DNA of 64,000 nt from Candidatus Altiarchaeales archaeon (GTDB lineage: Archaea; Altiarchaeota; Altiarchaeia; IMC4; SCGC-AAA252-I15). The position numbers and the translations under genes were made by a program. The stretch covers positions 1-64,000 of the forward strand of contig WJMO01000006.1 of assembly GCA_014727915.1 (NCBI GenBank), read 5' to 3'. The notes beneath the pieces are model-generated. The model worked only from the letters and a program-made list of their open reading frames with translations, searched no databases and was not told the origin of the DNA. Below, one piece after another: positions 9,800-19,110 of the stretch (the stretch's first letter is position 1; every line of letters begins with the position of its first letter).

Positions 9800-11137
9800 C
9801 TACCTAGGACTTATATAGTGCCATCTTTTCATGTCTTCAATACAATACCCGGCTTTGCCTTTTTTCACTTCCCGACATATGTTACAGGTACTCGAGAACT
9901 CAAAATCGACATTTGAAGGGTCCATATATCGTTCGACTGTGATTCCAAAAATATTCTTTGTCGTAGATGTTGAAAGCGGATAGTTATGCCTTAAGTCGTT
10001 TATTAGATTTGGGAGAAGCAGTAGACAGAACATCCTGAAGTCCGGGTTAGAGATGAAAGAACGGACGATTAGAGAGTAGGGAAACCATAGAAAAAATGTG
10101 AGAATCATGCTGTGAGAAGACTTCAATTTGGATCTTAGAAAATCCAGATTTTTAATCAATTCATTCAGATCAATCATCCTGGAGATAGGAACCAGCCTAC
10201 CCCCCCTAACCCAAAAATAGCATCTTAGCTCACATCTAGGCGTTCTTATCCCGCCTTTCCCGGTAATTAAGCGCAGTATCTCGAATGTTCTGTTGCTGAA
10301 GAGAGTGCACCCAAGTATATCCTCCAAAGTTATGTCAGTTGACTCGCTAACCAAATCGACTATGCCATTCTGTAGTATTATCTCCTTTTGTTTTCCCTCA
10401 AGATCCCAAAGAACCTTAAAATTAACAAGCCTCAACCAACCGCTATTTTTTGACCCGTATTCAATAGCTTTAGACACCTGATCCTCGTTAACGCCCTTGA
10501 AAACAATCAAGGATAGCATCGTTGGCATGCCTGAAGCAGCTAGGTTCTCCAGGGCCTTCAGCTTGGAATCTAAGACATCACAGCCATAAAGGCTTAGAGA
10601 TTGCCCACGGTCAAAGCTTAGGAACGAAAGGATTACAAGGTTTAAACCCGCTTCTTTAAGTTCACCCGCATAACCTGGTTCGGAAAATCGTATCCCGTTA
10701 GTGAATATCGCCACCCGCTTACCCTGACCCCTCAATCGCGTTATGATTTCCGGGAGGTCTTCCCGTATCGTGGGCTCACCACCACATAAATAAACCAGCG
10801 ATCCTTTGAAATCCTTGCTCAAATCCAAAATCTCATCTACAGTGAGTTCACCACCGTTCCGAAAACTCTTCGGGACAGCGCAAAACGGACAATCCATGTT
10901 GCAATCCATTGTGACTTTAAGCACTTGCCCGTCAGGGAACACATCATCATCCGTTATCATGTTTTCAGACAGAGCAGCGTATAGTCTGGGGTCCTCGAAG
11001 AAATGGAGCGTTTTGAACGACCCATGTTCTGGACACTCCTGAGAGATGTACATTTTACCGCCCTCATTAAACACTTCTGCCGCCACCCGTTCAAAGCAGA
11101 CAGGACACAAGCTCTCGGTTTTCCTTGAATCCATCAC
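9800..11137 (-). CDS. Tes/MJ0619-like radical SAM protein, paralog 2
   Basis: TESLCPVC...CPEHG, CNMDCPFC, GGEPT, PRCELRCY, YMDPSNVD..TC...GYC. Confidence 0.85.
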   Translation of the reverse strand: MMDSRKTESLCPVCFERVAAEVFNEGGKMYISQECPEHGSFKTLHFFEDPRLYAALSENMITDDDVFPDGQVLKVTMDCNMDCPFCAVPKSFRNGGELTVDEILDLSKDFKGSLVYLCGGEPTIREDLPEIITRLRGQGKRVAIFTNGIRFSEPGYAGELKEAGLNLVILSFLSFDRGQSLSLYGCDVLDSKLKALENLAASGMPTMLSLIVFKGVNEDQVSKAIEYGSKNSGWLRLVNFKVLWDLEGKQKEIILQNGIVDLVSESTDITLEDILGCTLFSNRTFEILRLITGKGGIRTPRCELRCYFWVRGGRLVPISRMIDLNELIKNLDFLRSKLKSSHSMILTFFLWFPYSLIVRSFISNPDFRMFCLLLLPNLINDLRHNYPLSTSTTKNIFGITVERYMDPSNVDFEFSSTCNICREVKKGKAGYCIEDMKRWHYISPR

Positions 11138-11217
11138 ATTATAGTATTAGAGAGGATACTAATAGTGTAAAAGAAGAAGAGGACAGGGTTATAAATTAAG
11201 GAGTATATTGGATAAAC

Positions 11218-12567
11218 ATGATCGGGGGAAAGCAGTCTGGGATGAATAAAACGACTAGTCTTTGCCCCGTTTGCCTGGATATTGTGAGTGCTGAGGTCTT
11301 CGAAAAAGACGGTAAGATGACGATGTCCAAGGAATGCAAAATACACGGAGTATTCGAGTCGACACATTTCTGGGAGGACCCCACCATATACAATTTCATG
11401 AAGGAACTGATAGGAGATTCAGAATGTGGAAACCCAGATGGCCTACTGGTAGATGTTAACTGCGAATGCAACATGAACTGCCCATATTGTTGGGTTTCAG
11501 ACCATGCGAAAACTGTGAAACAGACCACGATGGAAGAACTCAAATCGATCATAAGTGTATTCCAAGGATCCTCTATTTACCTGAGCGGCGGAGAACCAAC
11601 CTGTAGAGCAGACCTTCCGGAAATGGTGAAAACAATCAGAGATAACGGTAAGGAACCTGTAATATTCACCAATGGGCTCAAGTTCTCCAACGTGGACTAC
11701 GCATTGTCCATCAAGGAGGCTGGAGCAGGCATGATAATCTTCAACTTCAACAGTTTTGACCGGCGTCAATGTATCAAACTATACGGGGATGACATTTATG
11801 ACATGAAATTCAAAGGATTGAATAACGTCCTCGACATGGGCATACCAGTTTACCTGTATGTGATCCTGAAAAAGGGAGTTAATGAGGACCAGATCAACAG
11901 CGTGCTTGACTTTGCCACTGAACGGAGCCAATACTTGCGGGTTATAGATTTTCAGACCATCTGGGATATCAAGAATGGAGCTGGTGGGGAAGTGCTCACC
12001 CAAACCGGGATTTTAGACCTCTTGAAATCTGAGAGGGGCATTCTATTAGAGGATTTCCTGCAGTCCACTGCCTTCAGCCACTATTTTTTTGAAATATACA
12101 GGAAGGTCTTGGGGAGGGGTGGAAGAAGGTCGCCCAGGTGTGAGCTAAGATGCTATCTTGTGGCTGCAAACAAGTCATTAACGCCCATAACAAAGGTACT
12201 AGACATGGAAAAGCTCAACTACAAGTTGAAACTGTTGAACAGTAGATTAGACAGGTCCGGGCTGCCAAAGATGATTACTTTCTTATTAGGCTTCCCCTAT
12301 GTTTTCCTCATAGGAGAGTTCATAATGAAAAATGAGTTCAGACGCATTGTCATATCAAATGTGCGGAATACCATTACCTCCCTGTTTCAGAAGAAAAGGT
12401 TCCCTGCCTATTCGGCAACTGACATAGTAAGCATCATGCTGGGAAGATTCCATGATAGATTCAACGTAGACCTTGACTTCACAAAAACCTGTACCTTCCA
12501 TGCGGTTTGTAGAGATGGCAAACACGAGTCATTTTGCACGAGAGAGATTATGAGGTCTGGGAAATAA
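11218..12567 (+). CDS. Tes/MJ0619-like radical SAM protein, paralog 3
   Basis: TTSLCPVC...CKIHG, CNMNCPYC, GGEPT, PRCELRCY, FHDRFNVD..TC...SFC. Probable start 11242. Confidence 0.85.
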   Translation: MIGGKQSGMNKTTSLCPVCLDIVSAEVFEKDGKMTMSKECKIHGVFESTHFWEDPTIYNFMKELIGDSECGNPDGLLVDVNCECNMNCPYCWVSDHAKTVKQTTMEELKSIISVFQGSSIYLSGGEPTCRADLPEMVKTIRDNGKEPVIFTNGLKFSNVDYALSIKEAGAGMIIFNFNSFDRRQCIKLYGDDIYDMKFKGLNNVLDMGIPVYLYVILKKGVNEDQINSVLDFATERSQYLRVIDFQTIWDIKNGAGGEVLTQTGILDLLKSERGILLEDFLQSTAFSHYFFEIYRKVLGRGGRRSPRCELRCYLVAANKSLTPITKVLDMEKLNYKLKLLNSRLDRSGLPKMITFLLGFPYVFLIGEFIMKNEFRRIVISNVRNTITSLFQKKRFPAYSATDIVSIMLGRFHDRFNVDLDFTKTCTFHAVCRDGKHESFCTREIMRSGK

Positions 12568-13892
12568 TGGATGAAATCAGGTATAAGACCGAAAGCTTAT
12601 GCCCCATTTGCCTCAGGAAGCTGGAGGCTGAAGTCTACGTGAAAGACGGGACTGTAATCGTGTCAAGAGAATGCGAGGAACATGGGGAATTTGACTGCCT
12701 TCACGCATGGGATGACCCTGAAATATTCAAGAGATTCATGGATATCTCACATAAGCTTGTTGAGAACAGATTCAACGACCTCACAATCGATGTCACAGAC
12801 AGATGCAACATGCGATGTCCATTCTGTTTTAATACGGCAAAGGACGAACCAAGCTTGGATCGCATAATCGAAAAAGCGAAGGCATGGGAGAACGGAAATA
12901 TCGTCCTCTACGGCGGGGAACCAACCATGAGAGACGACCTGCCGGAACTGATAACAGAACTTAAGAGTATGGGATTCGGGGTGATACTGCTCTCAAACGG
13001 ATTGAGGATAGATGAAAAATTAGCAGACAAGCTTGACAACAGCAGATTAGATGGCATAGTTTTACAATTTGATTCCGTGGATGATGACATAAATGAGCGG
13101 ATGAGGGGTATGAGAGTGCTTGAACGAAAGCTGAACGCGATTGAATCCCTAAAAGATGGGAGGATTTGGCTCTCACTTTTTGTGGTGATTATGAAGGACA
13201 CGAATGAAGACCAGATACCAGACATCATAAATCTCGCATGCAAGGAATCCGAGCTGGTTAGGACGGTTTTATTCGCTCCGGTATCGCCAGAGGGAATTGA
13301 GGGGTCTGAGAGAGGACACATCAGGAACAGGGCAATATTCGATAAGATAGGGGAAGCCGGGATTACAAAAGATGATTTCATGGAAAACAGTGAGTTTGAC
13401 ATATCATTAACGAAGTTCCTCTCAAAGATGGGCATCAGAAGGAAGAGCATAACCCTATGTGAAGCATTATGCTATGTCTACCGAGTAAAAGACCATTTCA
13501 TACCATTGAATCATTTGGTGGATTTAAAAGCCATAACGAATGCATTAGATGAGAGCGACTCTGCTATGTCGCTTGCCATAAAATTGTTGAAGTATAATGT
13601 GAAGGCCGATTTACGGCTTCTGCCGGCGATAATGAGAGTATCCGCTAGAATCATGAGAACCCTGGTCTTCAGGGTAAAGTTTGACGACAACATCCCCGGC
13701 ATGGTAGGCATACTAGTCAATCCGACACAGACCAGATATAATGCAGACTACAATTTCATAAGAACATGCAACCTATACTCGGACACCAGAGAGGGGATAA
13801 CCACATACTGTGAGAACAACATATTCTCGACCGGCAAGAAGAACAGTGAAAAACTAGAGAAGAGCCATTTTTACCAGATGAAGACAGGATAA
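12567..13892 (+). CDS. Tes/MJ0619-like radical SAM protein, paralog 4
   Basis: TESLCPIC...CEEHG, IDVTDRCNMRCPFCF, GGEPT, LQFD, LCEALCY, TC...TYC. The ATG overlaps the stop of paralog 3 (TAATG). Confidence 0.85.
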   Translation: MDEIRYKTESLCPICLRKLEAEVYVKDGTVIVSRECEEHGEFDCLHAWDDPEIFKRFMDISHKLVENRFNDLTIDVTDRCNMRCPFCFNTAKDEPSLDRIIEKAKAWENGNIVLYGGEPTMRDDLPELITELKSMGFGVILLSNGLRIDEKLADKLDNSRLDGIVLQFDSVDDDINERMRGMRVLERKLNAIESLKDGRIWLSLFVVIMKDTNEDQIPDIINLACKESELVRTVLFAPVSPEGIEGSERGHIRNRAIFDKIGEAGITKDDFMENSEFDISLTKFLSKMGIRRKSITLCEALCYVYRVKDHFIPLNHLVDLKAITNALDESDSAMSLAIKLLKYNVKADLRLLPAIMRVSARIMRTLVFRVKFDDNIPGMVGILVNPTQTRYNADYNFIRTCNLYSDTREGITTYCENNIFSTGKKNSEKLEKSHFYQMKTG

Positions 13893-13946
13893 AACAGGGA
13901 TAAAATCGTGAGAAACGTAGATTATTAATGAAGTTCATACTTTATT

Positions 13947-16340
13947 ATGTATTTTTTCCGAGACAGCAACGAGTTGAGGATATTCCTTTCCGCATTCGTA
14001 ATATACTTATTCTTCATACATTGGACAGGATGGAACGAGAACTCAAGATTAGATCTGAGCAGGAGTATCGTCGAGGAAGGCAGGTTACATATCGACACCT
14101 ATGCCTCGAATACAGGTGATCGGGCATATTACAATGGCCACTATTACAGCGATAAACCACCGGGACTATCGATAGTCTCTACTCCAGCATATCTCATATT
14201 AGATTCAATCCCCAGACCCAAAAACTATGAGGATGAAGGAAATAGCGGGGAGATAATACTATTGAAAGACGAGACAGGGTCGCCCACTGTTACTTCAGAT
14301 ATTGAACCGGGCAAAAAAACACGCTTGTCGACCATAATCCTTACAATCCTCGCATCATCATTGCCTGCAGCGTCTAACGTTATCTTACTTTTCAGGATAC
14401 TCGGCAAATTTGTCCAAAATGAGAGGATACGGAGTTTAGTTGTTTTAACATATGGCCTGGGAACCCTGGCCTTCCCATACGCACTGATGTTCCTCCCGTA
14501 CAGCATAGGCATATTCATCACATTATTAGCCTTTAGCATGGGGTGGAAAGGGGACGTATCCCCCGTAAAAGGTTGCATCATTGGTCTACTGTTATCAGTG
14601 ACGTTGAGCTTTGATTATATTTTTTTCCCGATAATCATCCCGTCAACCATATACCTATTTTCCAGGATGGGCAAAGCAAAGAAGTGTTATATCCTTGGTT
14701 TGATAACAGGATTATTGCCCATAATAGCATACAATTACCTGATATTCGGACAATTAACCTTCTTTTATAAACACATGGACAGTGATGTTTGGGTATGGGA
14801 TAACCCGGCATTGGAAGAGGGAGCGCTTCCAGTAACCAACCTCTGGATTCCCATCCAAGTATTATTCTACCCGTACAGGGGACTATTCTTCTACTATCCT
14901 GTTTTATTATTTTCGGTTGTGGGGTTGGCCCGTATGAGAAAGAGATTCAGAGGTGAATTCCATATGATAACATCGATGTTCCTCTTGATCTTGGGTGTTT
15001 ATTCAACCATGCTGTATACATGGCATGGGCATATGTTCGGGCCCAGGTATTTCACACCATTAATGCCGTTTCTTATGATACCTACCGCATATGCACTATC
15101 AGAAAAGAATAAAAGAATATTCTTATTGTTGATGTTCACTTCGATATCAGTGAACATACTTGGTTTGCAGAATTTTGAGAATATTATCACAGACGATTTC
15201 AGACAGGTTTCAGCAGAACACGTTTACTCTCTGAAAGGTTTCACATACAATCCTTTATTTGACCACTATCTCCCATTAACCGCGGATAACGGTCCGAGGA
15301 GCAGGCTTTTCGAAAACATCATAGAATATGGCGGACAGTTTGACATCCGTGACATCCCCTATTCTAAGGGCGTGCTCAGCTCCCCCTATCTCCGCAGAGA
15401 GTACATTCCAGTAGCCACAATACCGGGAATGGGTTTCTTCGTTCTGAGGGTGGAATTCCTATGCCTTATACCCTTAACCGTGATATTGGCGCTCATCTGG
15501 AGGAAGGAACTATCCAGACATCTTACGAGAGATAAGTCCCTAATAGTCCTGGCCGTAGTAACCCTGGTATTTCTACTTGCCTTCGTGAGGGTCAAAGACT
15601 CCCTGTTCACCAACGGATGGTATCCGAAGGAAGGGGGTGAAAACGGGTTTTTCAGATTCACCGGGGAAGAAGCAGAGGTGCTTGTCTATAACACAGGAGG
15701 AATGAACAGGATAAACATCATGTTACAAGCTTGGAGCCCGCAGAAGGGCAGAGACCTAGAGATACTCCTGAACAATGAACTGCTTGGAACATACAATATC
15801 TTACCCCAGGGTTCAACGGTTGGAACAACACTTATAAAACTCAAACCGGGAACGAACAAGTTCACTCTTAGATCAACCAGTGGATGCGACAACCCCCCCG
15901 AAGTCATGGCAAACGGAAAGACGATGATATGCTACAGCTTCGGGTTCAGCAACATAAGCTTCAAAAGACAGGACAACCCACTTTTTAGGGAGAACTGGTA
16001 CATGGAGGAAGAGGACGAACATGGGACATTCAAGTTCATGAGCCAGAACGCAACACTAAACATGCGCTCAACAGCTGGAGAAGCTGTTGAGTTGGCTTTC
16101 ACATCCTTCAGCTTTCACAAAAAGAGAGAACTACATGTGTATGTGAACGGCGAGGACATTGGAACAATCGAGAATGATGGTGGGGGATACAGTATGAACA
16201 GGTTCAAAGCACACCTCACAGAGGGTGATAATGAGATCCTCTTCCATTCAGTCCCCGGGTGCGACATACCTTCGGAGGTTGGGGAGTGGGATGACACGCG
16301 GTGCCTGAGCTTCGGGTTCAGGGACATAAAGATTGAGTAA
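13947..16340 (+). CDS. Multi-pass GT-C-type glycosyltransferase-like protein with two C-terminal beta-sandwich repeats
   Basis: NENSRLDL..SIVE.G.L.ID..Y, YSDKPPGLS, RGLFFYYP and GPRY motifs with many TM helices; two ~115-aa C-terminal repeats (W-Y...GCD.P.EV...C.SFGF). Confidence 0.7.
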   Translation: MYFFRDSNELRIFLSAFVIYLFFIHWTGWNENSRLDLSRSIVEEGRLHIDTYASNTGDRAYYNGHYYSDKPPGLSIVSTPAYLILDSIPRPKNYEDEGNSGEIILLKDETGSPTVTSDIEPGKKTRLSTIILTILASSLPAASNVILLFRILGKFVQNERIRSLVVLTYGLGTLAFPYALMFLPYSIGIFITLLAFSMGWKGDVSPVKGCIIGLLLSVTLSFDYIFFPIIIPSTIYLFSRMGKAKKCYILGLITGLLPIIAYNYLIFGQLTFFYKHMDSDVWVWDNPALEEGALPVTNLWIPIQVLFYPYRGLFFYYPVLLFSVVGLARMRKRFRGEFHMITSMFLLILGVYSTMLYTWHGHMFGPRYFTPLMPFLMIPTAYALSEKNKRIFLLLMFTSISVNILGLQNFENIITDDFRQVSAEHVYSLKGFTYNPLFDHYLPLTADNGPRSRLFENIIEYGGQFDIRDIPYSKGVLSSPYLRREYIPVATIPGMGFFVLRVEFLCLIPLTVILALIWRKELSRHLTRDKSLIVLAVVTLVFLLAFVRVKDSLFTNGWYPKEGGENGFFRFTGEEAEVLVYNTGGMNRINIMLQAWSPQKGRDLEILLNNELLGTYNILPQGSTVGTTLIKLKPGTNKFTLRSTSGCDNPPEVMANGKTMICYSFGFSNISFKRQDNPLFRENWYMEEEDEHGTFKFMSQNATLNMRSTAGEAVELAFTSFSFHKKRELHVYVNGEDIGTIENDGGGYSMNRFKAHLTEGDNEILFHSVPGCDIPSEVGEWDDTRCLSFGFRDIKIE

Positions 16341-16342
16341 AA

Positions 16343-16993
16343 CTATTTTTTCTCTGCTTTGATGAAGGTCTGGGCTCCGAAGAGAAGCCATAGGAATCTG
16401 AGTTTCAGGTATATTCTCATTAGGAGGGGGGATTGGGGGAGTGTGCTCTGGGTCGTGTATGGTAGGAAACGGTCTATCGACTCTGTGACCGTGTAACCTT
16501 GGGTTTCCAGCAGGTCTTTGAGGGCTCGGTCGTCCAGTGGTGTTATGTGGTCGAAGAACATCCAGTAGTCCTGTGAGCAGAACCTGATGTTGGGCTGCAG
16601 TATCAGCAGGGAGCCTCCCGGCCTGAGCAGCCTCTTAGCCTCCAGCAGGGCTTTCACTATCTCGTCCCGGGTGAGGTGCTCGAGGACGTTGCTGATGAAC
16701 ACGACATCGACCGAGCCGCCATCCAAATCCCTGATGTCGGAAGCCTTGGAATGCAAGAACTCAACGTCGTCGGACAGGTGCTGCCTGGACCGCTCATCCT
16801 TGTCGACGGCGATCTTCCGGCGGGCGGTTATGTTGTTTATGAACGCGCCAGCCCCTGAGCCGACGTCCAACACCGTGGAATCGGCAGGCACATATCCCTG
16901 GAGGAAGTCCCTGCATAGAACCTTCCAGATCCCATGCTTTGACTGGAAGTTATGGTCGCAGGACAACCCAGCAACATCATCAGCCATCCTCAT
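16343..16993 (-). CDS. Class I SAM-dependent methyltransferase
   Basis: VLDVGSGAG, DVVFISNVLEHL and LRPGG motifs. Start moved to MRMADD because the track start abuts the divergent gene. Confidence 0.88.
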   Translation of the reverse strand: MRMADDVAGLSCDHNFQSKHGIWKVLCRDFLQGYVPADSTVLDVGSGAGAFINNITARRKIAVDKDERSRQHLSDDVEFLHSKASDIRDLDGGSVDVVFISNVLEHLTRDEIVKALLEAKRLLRPGGSLLILQPNIRFCSQDYWMFFDHITPLDDRALKDLLETQGYTVTESIDRFLPYTTQSTLPQSPLLMRIYLKLRFLWLLFGAQTFIKAEKK

Positions 16994-17035
16994 TCTTACT
17001 ATATATTTTCCAGATAAAAAATCCATTAGTAGGAG

Positions 17036-18424
17036 ATGAAAAAAGGGTTTAACACAGTCAGATGGTTGAGTGCGGCAATGGCCGTCCTGTTCATCTTAGA
17101 GGTCCTGTTCTTCCACCAGCTCGTATACTCGGAGGCTGAGCAGCTGGGAGAGGGGGACAGAGAGTTCCTTGATGAGATGTCCATAATGTACGGGTTCCCG
17201 GTTGACGGAATATACCACGTGGACGAACCCTACTGGATGCACGGAACATACGCCTACCAACTCCTGTTCAAGGAGAAGAGCCTGCTACACCGGGACTGGC
17301 AGCACCCCCACATGCTAGACCAGCCGCAACTGTCAAGGTTGATACTTGGATTGGGGCTGGATCTCAGGGGAGGGGATGTAGGGGAGAGCATAGCAGGACT
17401 AATGAACTGGAAGAGCATCGCATACCATAACTTCTGGGTGAAGAACGGCATCGAAAACAAGGAGAGGGACTATGAGATAGTGTTGGACAGGGAGTTGGAG
17501 GAATACATGGGATACCTCATGGGACTGTCTGGCGGCGGGAAAATGACATCGTTCACCCGGAGGGACTACCGGATCGCGCGGGAAACCGCCTATTTCTTCG
17601 CGGTACTCTCCGCCCTGACAATCATGGCCATAAGCTACAGAGTATACCCCCACCCGCTGACGTCGATTATCGCAGGCCAGGTTTTCCTAGCCAACGGGGT
17701 CGCCGTGCCCGCATTCGAACGGGTTCTGTCCGAGAGCATATGCACTTTCTTCACCCTAACAACACTGGCCTTGGTTATGAAACTGGGCGAATCCAGGAGT
17801 AAGAGAAAATGGGCTTTCTTGGCTGGGGTCTCGCTGGGCATGGCCTTGAGCACCAAGTTCACGACAGCCTACATGATACCCGTAGCTGCGGTGGCGCTGC
17901 TCCTGGACAGGAAGACCGAGAAGAGAGAGTTGGTGGGAGCCGCCACTATACTGGCCCTATCAGCGACCATATCATTCCTGTTGTTGAACCCTTCATTGTA
18001 CCCTGACCCTGTGGGTAACACGGCCTGGATGGTGAGCCACAGGGCTAAGATGATGGGCATACAATCGGGGGTGCAGCCCGAAGCAATAAGGACGCTGGAT
18101 GAGAGGGTTCGGCTGATAATCGGTAAGGGCGTGCTCATGGACAGCAGCGAATCAATGACCATCCAGGGAATGCACATCATACTGTTCATATGGGGTTTGA
18201 GACACATTTACGCGAAAGCCAGGGTTGAATTTGCGTCGGGGCGCATGGGCAGGCACGCGGTCGCATCCCTGTTCATAGCATCGACCTTCATCGTTGTGGG
18301 AGCCAGCATACACATGGACTGGCAGAGATACTATATCCCGTTCATGCTATGCTCCGTAATAGCGTTCTCAGCGGGGCTTGGGCAGGCGATAAAGGACGTA
18401 TTTGAAGATGGAAAACGAGGATAG
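17036..18424 (+). CDS. PMT/ArnT-like GT-C glycosyltransferase
   Basis: DEPYW acidic motif in the first loop, DQPQL, multiple TM helices, GMALSTKF, RYY near the C-terminus. Confidence 0.75.
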   Translation: MKKGFNTVRWLSAAMAVLFILEVLFFHQLVYSEAEQLGEGDREFLDEMSIMYGFPVDGIYHVDEPYWMHGTYAYQLLFKEKSLLHRDWQHPHMLDQPQLSRLILGLGLDLRGGDVGESIAGLMNWKSIAYHNFWVKNGIENKERDYEIVLDRELEEYMGYLMGLSGGGKMTSFTRRDYRIARETAYFFAVLSALTIMAISYRVYPHPLTSIIAGQVFLANGVAVPAFERVLSESICTFFTLTTLALVMKLGESRSKRKWAFLAGVSLGMALSTKFTTAYMIPVAAVALLLDRKTEKRELVGAATILALSATISFLLLNPSLYPDPVGNTAWMVSHRAKMMGIQSGVQPEAIRTLDERVRLIIGKGVLMDSSESMTIQGMHIILFIWGLRHIYAKARVEFASGRMGRHAVASLFIASTFIVVGASIHMDWQRYYIPFMLCSVIAFSAGLGQAIKDVFEDGKRG

Positions 18425-19037
18425 TGAATGTAAGATGGGGGACTATGAGGTCAGGCTAAGCCCTGACAGGCCAAAGAGGGGGTTGGTGATCGTCGCAGCG
18501 CTGGCATTGGCCATCGCAGTGTGGGGCGTCCACAACCACATTTACAAGATCCCGGAGGGGGAGCGGCCAGATTTCGCATCCCCTGGAATGACCGTGGTGG
18601 AGCAGTACAACTACGACGGCGGGCGGCTAGAGTCCAAGTCATACAGGGAGGTCAGCACCTCGCTCCTCGAGTCATACTTCAGGACGGACGACCTCCCCCA
18701 GGGATTCCGCCAGGTGAAGGAGTTCATCGAGGTGAGGTACGGGGTCGAGAGCATAGTATCGGAGTTCGACAAAGACGGAAGAGCATACTTTTTCTCGGTG
18801 CAGGAGTCGAGCAAGGGATACAGGAACAACATAAGGATAGGATACGATATAGCCTCAAGCGAGCATGGAGACAGCGTACTATTGTTGAGGTCTAAGGACG
18901 GGGGTGAAACATCCTTCCTCTGGACGCATGAGGACAAGATACTAAGGCTGTATTCTAAGGAGGACACCATAGACCTGGTAGTGCTGAAAGAGCACATGGT
19001 AGAAGAGCACCAGCCAACAGAGAGCACCAGCATATGA
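18408..19037 (+). CDS. Hypothetical membrane-anchored protein (paralog of 5174..5773)
   Basis: Single TM helix; SLLESYFRTDDLPQG, SFLWTHEDKILRLYS and LKEH...QPTE align by eye with the 5174 protein. Confidence 0.7.
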   Translation: MENEDSECKMGDYEVRLSPDRPKRGLVIVAALALAIAVWGVHNHIYKIPEGERPDFASPGMTVVEQYNYDGGRLESKSYREVSTSLLESYFRTDDLPQGFRQVKEFIEVRYGVESIVSEFDKDGRAYFFSVQESSKGYRNNIRIGYDIASSEHGDSVLLLRSKDGGETSFLWTHEDKILRLYSKEDTIDLVVLKEHMVEEHQPTESTSI

Positions 19038-19110
19038 CCGGAGGATATCCCGGTTTTTGTATGAACTATTTCGAAAAACGCCCGAACTATTTAAGAACAG
19101 ACTCGGATAG

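Noticed and set aside
6681-13892. RiPP cluster (multiple radical SAM maturases)
   Set aside because: No precursor-peptide ORF in the short intergenic gaps, no SPASM/RRE motifs, no peptidase or exporter; the motifs fit the Tes family better.
8406-13892. Calling the four paralogs canonical tes or moaA
   Set aside because: They lack the Tes CPxDCGLC motif and the MoaA C-terminal GG motif, so no gene symbol was assigned.
5125-19100. Provirus or integrative mobile element
   Set aside because: No integrase, transposase, capsid genes or att repeats were seen, so it is reported only as a compositional island.
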